From: Candidatus Latescibacterota bacterium
GTDB taxonomy: Bacteria > Latescibacterota > UBA2968 > GCA-2709665
Length of the DNA: 64,000 bases
Direction of reading: 5' to 3'
Assembly: GCA_965219455.1 (NCBI GenBank)
Contig: OZ244744.1
Span: forward strand, 4,832,001-4,896,000
The notes under the pieces were generated by a model, which saw only the letters and a program-made list of their open reading frames with translations, was not told where the DNA came from and did not search any database. A program made the position numbers and the translations under genes. Positions 59,103-64,000 of the stretch are shown one piece after another (within the stretch, counting starts at the first letter, position 1; every line of letters begins with the position of its first letter).

Positions 59103-60125
59103 ATGTCCAAGTCAGAATTACCTGCTGAAGATTCGGGAATTGACACTGCTGAATCGGGGCTTAACACAGCCATTGCGGCAATCACGGGAGTACCTATTCC
59201 TGGACCAGTTAGGCAGAACGCCTGGAAAGCATTTGGGCGTCTCTGTTCAGCAGCTATAGAGGTGCCATCAGCTTATTTTGATGGTGTCGCTGCTGAAAAA
59301 AGAGCCATAGCGGAAGCACGGGTAAAACTTATTGAATCGAATGCAACACAGATAGCCCGCCAGATAAAAGTAGATGAAGAATATGCGCGGGTTGCAGTTC
59401 GAAGGTATGGACAGAAGATCATCCGTGAACAGGTGAATCTCGATCTAATCAGTGAGGAAGCTGCACGCCAGCTAAACGACACTAACGACGCTCAGACAAG
59501 CGGAGAGGTTGGACAAATAGACGACGATTGGCTTAATCATTTTGAAAAGGAAGCGAGTCAGCGAAGCACCGAAGAAATGCAGCAGCTATTTGGAAGAATT
59601 CTCGCAGGAGAGATTCGTCACCCCTCGTCCTTTTCCATTAGAGCTGTGAAGATTATGGGTGAAATAGATACAGTAGCCGCCAACCTGTTCAAGAAACTTT
59701 GTTCGATCTGCATTGTGTCGAGGATCCCGGGGAGGAACCAGGTACTCGAGGCTCGCGTGCTATCTCTTTCTGGGAATGCGGGAAACAATGCACTTCAGAA
59801 ATACGGATTAGACTTCGATCAACTCAATATCTTGCATGAGTATGGGTTGATCATTTCGGACTACAATTCATGGAGGGACTACGGGTCATCCGTTGCAAGT
59901 AAGGATAATGTAGTCTTACTTGGATTTTCATATCAGAATACTTATTGGGGCTTGTTATCAGAGGGAGATCGAAAGGAAGGGCAAGAACTAAAACTACATG
60001 GTGTCGGTTTATCCAAAGCGGGACGAGAGTTACTCAACATAGTAGAGACAGAACCGATTGAGAATTACACCAATGATCTCGCAAATTTCTTTGCCAAAAA
60101 AAAGCTGAAGATGATACCAATATAA
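59103..60125 (+). CDS. DUF2806-like protein
   Basis: REQVNL, IDDDWLNHF..A..STEEMQ.LFGRILAGEI..PSSFS. Confidence 0.78.
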   Translation: MSKSELPAEDSGIDTAESGLNTAIAAITGVPIPGPVRQNAWKAFGRLCSAAIEVPSAYFDGVAAEKRAIAEARVKLIESNATQIARQIKVDEEYARVAVRRYGQKIIREQVNLDLISEEAARQLNDTNDAQTSGEVGQIDDDWLNHFEKEASQRSTEEMQQLFGRILAGEIRHPSSFSIRAVKIMGEIDTVAANLFKKLCSICIVSRIPGRNQVLEARVLSLSGNAGNNALQKYGLDFDQLNILHEYGLIISDYNSWRDYGSSVASKDNVVLLGFSYQNTYWGLLSEGDRKEGQELKLHGVGLSKAGRELLNIVETEPIENYTNDLANFFAKKKLKMIPI

Positions 60126-60135
60126 AGAAAAAGTC

Positions 60136-60249
60136 ATGAAAAGCGGTGAGCAAGAAGCGGAGATAGATCAACGTGTCTATGCGCGGTACGGCCTGATGGA
60201 GGAAGAGATTGTCATCTTGGAGAAATCTATCTGTCTGAAGGGAGATTAA
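60136..60249 (+). repeat. Second, diverged copy of the type IIG R-M C-terminal tail
   Basis: EQEAEIDQRVYARYGLMEEEI vs EQEAELDRLVYTLYGLTAEEV at 58500-58583. Confidence 0.8.
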
Positions 60250-60489
60250 CCTTCGGCCGAACTCAGGTCAAAGCCTCATTGATTACGTAGCCAAATTTCA
60301 AAATATATTGAAGGGATGTTTAAAAAATGCGGAGCCTCCCATTCTTGAAGTAAATGGAATCTGTCCACTCCGATAGTGTTCCGCGGGATAAGGTATTCGC
60401 AATGCTTCCAGCACCTGTTCATCCGCTTGGGTCACTGCGTCGTCCAAGAACGTAAGCGGGAAATCAATGGGCGACCCGAACAGGCCCCG

Positions 60490-60687
60490 CATTTTTACAA
60501 TCTTGTCGCCAATCAAGTTGTGGTTGAGCTAAAAGCGGTCATTGAGCTGGCGGATGTTCACATTGCACAGGCGAGAAACTATGTGGTGGCGTACGATTTT
60601 GATTACGGTCTATTGATCAACTTCGCGGCAGAATTCCTGGAAAACAAACGGCTGTACAACAAGAAGCCAAATCCTGTCAATCCATAA
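60490..60687 (+). pseudogene. GxxExxY (PD-(D/E)XK-like) protein, C-terminal fragment
   Basis: VVVELKAV..L.DVH.AQ..NY...GLLINF...KR; N-terminal GxxExxY motif absent. Confidence 0.75.
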
Positions 60688-60712
60688 ATCCAGTAAATCC
60701 TGATCCTGACAA
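60670..60712 (+). repeat. ATCC-periodic repeat after GxxExxY fragment
   Basis: AATCCTGTCAATCCATAAATCCAGTAAATCCTGATCCTGACAA. Confidence 0.65.
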
Positions 60713-60764
60713 TTTCCACCCAACGCCAGGTTGGAACCACGCCCACACACGGAGGAGTCGTAAC

Positions 60765-61997
60765 TTGAAAATCAGACCTGACCTCGTACCCTCGGCCGAG
60801 GAGGACAACCTGGAGGTCATCCAGCTTACGGATGAGTCGATTCCCTCGTCACACATCTACATGGAAGCGCAGATTTTCACGCCCGACTCACAGCGGCTGG
60901 TGCTCCATCGTTCCGCGCACCCCCATGGCTCCGATCCCAGGGACCCGGAACACAGGTATCTGATCTGCGACCTGGAAGATCGCTGCCGTCTGACGCCAAT
61001 TACGACCGAACCGGGAACGACCGCGCCCTCCATCTCACCCGACGGCGACTGGCTCTACTACTTCGTCGATGAGACCGACCCCGCGCGGCCCGGGCCGCTC
61101 ACGCTCAAACGGGTGAGTCCGGACGGGTCGGATTGCGAGGTGATCTATGTCCTGGATCACGCCATCCCGGGCACGGATTTCCGGATCAGCCGTCCGTATC
61201 CGCTCTCGACCATTTCATCCGACGGCAGGCGGATTGCCATTTCAGGATTCCTGGGCGACGGCCAAACCGAAGGCGCGCCGTGGGGCCTGCTCGTCTTCGA
61301 GATCGACGAGCCATCCGTACGGTTGGTCTTTCACGGCCCGACCTGGTGCAATATCCACCCGCAGTACACGCGGCAGACCGGGCCGGACGCCTCCCACGAC
61401 ATCATGATTCAGGAGAACCACGGAAACGTCGCGTCCCCCGACGGCAGGCTGGAGAAACTCGTGAGCGGACGCGGCGCCGATATCCACCTCATCCGGGACG
61501 ATGGAACCTGTCTCCGTGACTTTCCGTGGGGCCGGGACGGGAACGAATTCTGTCAGGGACACCAATGCTGGCAGGGACGGTCCGATATTGCGATCACGAG
61601 TACGTCGACACGCGAACCGAACGAGAGACAACTCATTTCCGGCCGCGCCGCGGCGCACGCCGGTCACCACGGCAGCCGGACTCCCGACGGATGGCGAAAC
61701 GACCTGTCCCGTTCGTTCAACGGACCGGATTTCTGTCATTTCGCCACGGACGTCGCCGGACGCCGTCTGATTACGGATGCCGGCCCCAGGGACGGGGGCG
61801 GCGCGGTATGGCTGTTCGATCTGCCCGGCGAGGCGCACGGCGCGTTATCGAGTGCAAGGAAGGTCGCGAGCCCCGGGTCGTCCTGGCGAAAGCATACCCA
61901 CATCCACCCGTTTCTGGCGCCGGACGGACTTTCCGGCTTCTTCAATTCCGACGAAAGCGGCGTACTCCAGGCGTACATGGTGCGCGGCTGGTCCTGA
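60765..61997 (+). CDS. Beta-propeller protein, oligogalacturonate lyase/TolB-like
   Basis: HIYME..FTPD, SPDG, HPQY, GHQCW, HTHIHPFLAPDG..FNSD; RBS GGAGGAG with TTG start. Confidence 0.7.
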   Translation: MKIRPDLVPSAEEDNLEVIQLTDESIPSSHIYMEAQIFTPDSQRLVLHRSAHPHGSDPRDPEHRYLICDLEDRCRLTPITTEPGTTAPSISPDGDWLYYFVDETDPARPGPLTLKRVSPDGSDCEVIYVLDHAIPGTDFRISRPYPLSTISSDGRRIAISGFLGDGQTEGAPWGLLVFEIDEPSVRLVFHGPTWCNIHPQYTRQTGPDASHDIMIQENHGNVASPDGRLEKLVSGRGADIHLIRDDGTCLRDFPWGRDGNEFCQGHQCWQGRSDIAITSTSTREPNERQLISGRAAAHAGHHGSRTPDGWRNDLSRSFNGPDFCHFATDVAGRRLITDAGPRDGGGAVWLFDLPGEAHGALSSARKVASPGSSWRKHTHIHPFLAPDGLSGFFNSDESGVLQAYMVRGWS

Positions 61998-62034
61998 GCA
62001 CGTCTGAAATACCGCCGGTCCTTGAGTGTTTCCA

Positions 62035-63066
62035 ATGAAAGCCGTATTGCTGAAAGAGCCAGAGCGACTCGAGGTCATCGAACTACCCGACGAATCGCCG
62101 GGGCCCGGTGAGGTGTCTCTTCGAATCGAAGCCTGTTCAATCTGCGGGTCCGATCTGGAAGGCTTTCACGGACGGCACCCCAAAATGTCGTTTCCACGGG
62201 TCATGGGCCACGAGGTCGCCAGCGTCGTTCACGAGGTGGGCGAGGACGTTCTCTCTGTCAAGGTTGGGGACCGCGTCGCGGGGACCGGGCAGAAGGCCTG
62301 CCGAAACTGCGATCGGTGCCGATCGAGCCAGCCTTTCAGATGCATCCGTCCGGGTGGACCCGGATTCACGGCGCACGGTGCGTACGCGGAACGCATGGTC
62401 GTTGTTCCAGGTCGGCTGACGCCAATTCCTGACGGCATCACCTTCGAAGAAGCGGCGGTAGCGCAGCCGGTCGCCGTCGCCAATCACGCGGTGGCGGGTC
62501 GGGCCGGAGTGAAAGCAGGGGAGACGGTCCTCGTCCAGGGCTGTGGCCCAATTGGGCTGGCCTCGATGCTGCTGTCGAAGCTGAAGGGTGCGCGCGTGAT
62601 CTCCACGGATATCGTCGACTACCGGGTCCGGCGGGCGCGGGAACTCGGCGCGGACCTGGCGCTGAACGTCCACAGGGAGGCATTGCTGCCTCCAACCCTC
62701 GACCTGACCGGCGGCCGCGGCGTAGACAAGGTCATCGAGTGTGTCGGGGGCGACCAGGACGAAACGTTGCCCCAGGCGGTGGAAGCCGTCAAGCCAGGTG
62801 GGCTGGTGACCGTGGTGGGGTCATTCGTGAACAACAGGGCGACGCTTCCCGTGATCGATTTCAAGTTCAGCGAGAAGTCGGTGATCGGGTCGCAGGGCAT
62901 GCCGGAGGGATACGGTCCGGTCTTTGAACAGATGGCCGAGGGTCGACTGGACGTAAAGGCCCTGATCACCCACCGGATGTCACTTGAAGGTGCGCCCCGT
63001 GCGCTTGATCTGATGGACCGGAAAGCGGAAGAGGTGATGAAAGTAGTACTCTTCCCAAACGGATGA
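62035..63066 (+). CDS. Zinc-dependent alcohol dehydrogenase (sorbitol/threonine DH-like)
   Basis: ICGSD, GHE, CRNCDRC..C, GCGPIG. Confidence 0.9.
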   Translation: MKAVLLKEPERLEVIELPDESPGPGEVSLRIEACSICGSDLEGFHGRHPKMSFPRVMGHEVASVVHEVGEDVLSVKVGDRVAGTGQKACRNCDRCRSSQPFRCIRPGGPGFTAHGAYAERMVVVPGRLTPIPDGITFEEAAVAQPVAVANHAVAGRAGVKAGETVLVQGCGPIGLASMLLSKLKGARVISTDIVDYRVRRARELGADLALNVHREALLPPTLDLTGGRGVDKVIECVGGDQDETLPQAVEAVKPGGLVTVVGSFVNNRATLPVIDFKFSEKSVIGSQGMPEGYGPVFEQMAEGRLDVKALITHRMSLEGAPRALDLMDRKAEEVMKVVLFPNG

Positions 63067-63199
63067 TCCGATTGCGCAGGTACTGAATCCGGGGCAGCGT
63101 TGGCTTCTCGCTGGTGCCAAAGCGTCGTGAAGAAGGCTGCCGGAGCGGCGAACCTCGACCGCTGAGGCGCTCGCTCTCAATTCACAAAGGAGATTCACC

Positions 63200-63556
63200 A
63201 TGGCCTTGGAGGTTTATCAGTATACAAAATGCGGCACCTGTCGCAAGGCGATCAGATTCCTGGACGATCTGGGCATCGAATACAACGCTCGAGAAATTAC
63301 GGAAACCCCGCCCTCGGAGCCGGAATTGCGGGCCATGCTCAACCACTACAATGGCGATATCAGGAAGCTCTTCAACACTTCGGGTCAGTTGTATCGCAAA
63401 TTGAAAATGAAGGATCGCCTGGACACACTGACAACCGAGGAAGCCGTAGGCCTCCTGTCGCAAAACGGGATGTTGGTCAAGCGGCCCTTTCTGCTGACGC
63501 AGGATGCCGGCCTCGTTGGATTCAGGGAAGACGCCTGGCGCCGCGTTTTGGCGTAA
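63200..63556 (+). CDS. ArsC/Spx family protein
   Basis: CGTCRKA, FNTSG..YR, LVKRP. Confidence 0.88.
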   Translation: MALEVYQYTKCGTCRKAIRFLDDLGIEYNAREITETPPSEPELRAMLNHYNGDIRKLFNTSGQLYRKLKMKDRLDTLTTEEAVGLLSQNGMLVKRPFLLTQDAGLVGFREDAWRRVLA

Positions 63557-63629
63557 AGCGTAACCGCGGCGGAGCGTCGTCGGTTGGCAACGGGTATGGC
63601 TTCTTCAAAGGTGATAACGGGAGGGCAAG

Positions 63630-64000
63630 ATGAAGAAAGCGTTGATGGTATATGGCGGCTGGCAGGGTCACGAACCCGGACAGTGCGTGGAAATTTTCGC
63701 GCCGATCCTGGCCGATGAGGGCTTCGACGTGACGCTGTCGGACACGATGGACGTGTATCTCGATGCCGATCGGATGGCCGAATTGAGTCTTGTCGTACCG
63801 GTCTGGACGATGGGCACAATTGAACGGGAACAGGCGATGGGGCTGCTGTCAGCCGTCAGGAGTGGCGTGGGGATAGCCGGGTGGCATGGCGGAATGGCGG
63901 ATGCATTCCGGGAACATACGGAATATCAATTTATGGTTGGCGGCCAGTGGGTGGCGCATCCCGGCGGCGTTATCGACTACGAGGTGAACGTCGCGGATCA
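63630..64000 (+). CDS. ThuA-like (trehalose utilisation) domain protein, partial
   Basis: Manual translation [43 protein letters not shown]; runs off window end. Confidence 0.82.
   Translation, partial: MKKALMVYGGWQGHEPGQCVEIFAPILADEGFDVTLSDTMDVYLDADRMAELSLVVPVWTMGTIEREQAMGLLSAVRSGVGIAGWHGGMADAFREHTEYQFMVGGQWVAHPGGVIDYEVNVAD

Noticed and set aside
51250-60720. Prophage or integrative element
   Set aside because: No integrase, structural genes, tRNA target or att repeats were seen.

Overview
GC-rich bacterial window. The gene content (several PhyH dioxygenases, DegT aminotransferases, Gfo/Idh/MocA, CRTAC1/ASPIC-UnbV, DUF6785-like, ThuA-like) resembles marine or sponge-associated Latescibacterota/Poribacteria-type genomes; this is inference only. 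There are two visibly lower-GC defence-type regions. The first (1-~3.4 kb) has a PHP-ATPase broken by an in-frame TGA plus an AlbA_2 gene. The second (~51.2-60.7 kb) is a decayed PLD-SNF2 helicase / type IIG R-M scaffold carrying intact AlbA_2, ParA, AIPR and DUF2806-like cargo, with a duplicated R-M 3' tail. Between them lie two tandem unknown membrane-anchored double zinc-ribbon proteins, an EndoQ-UvrD fusion ending in QLSLF, and many sugar/amine catabolic genes. There is also a gamma-glutamylmethylamide/N-methylglutamate-type amine oxidation cluster with two amidotransferase+GXGXG pairs, bracketed by two inverted copies of an IS630-like MITE. Several small repeat families (MITEs, REP-like units, ATCCTG-periodic repeat) are present. 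No rRNA, tRNA, CRISPR array, integrase or intact transposase was seen. All family assignments are by motif recognition, not database searches.
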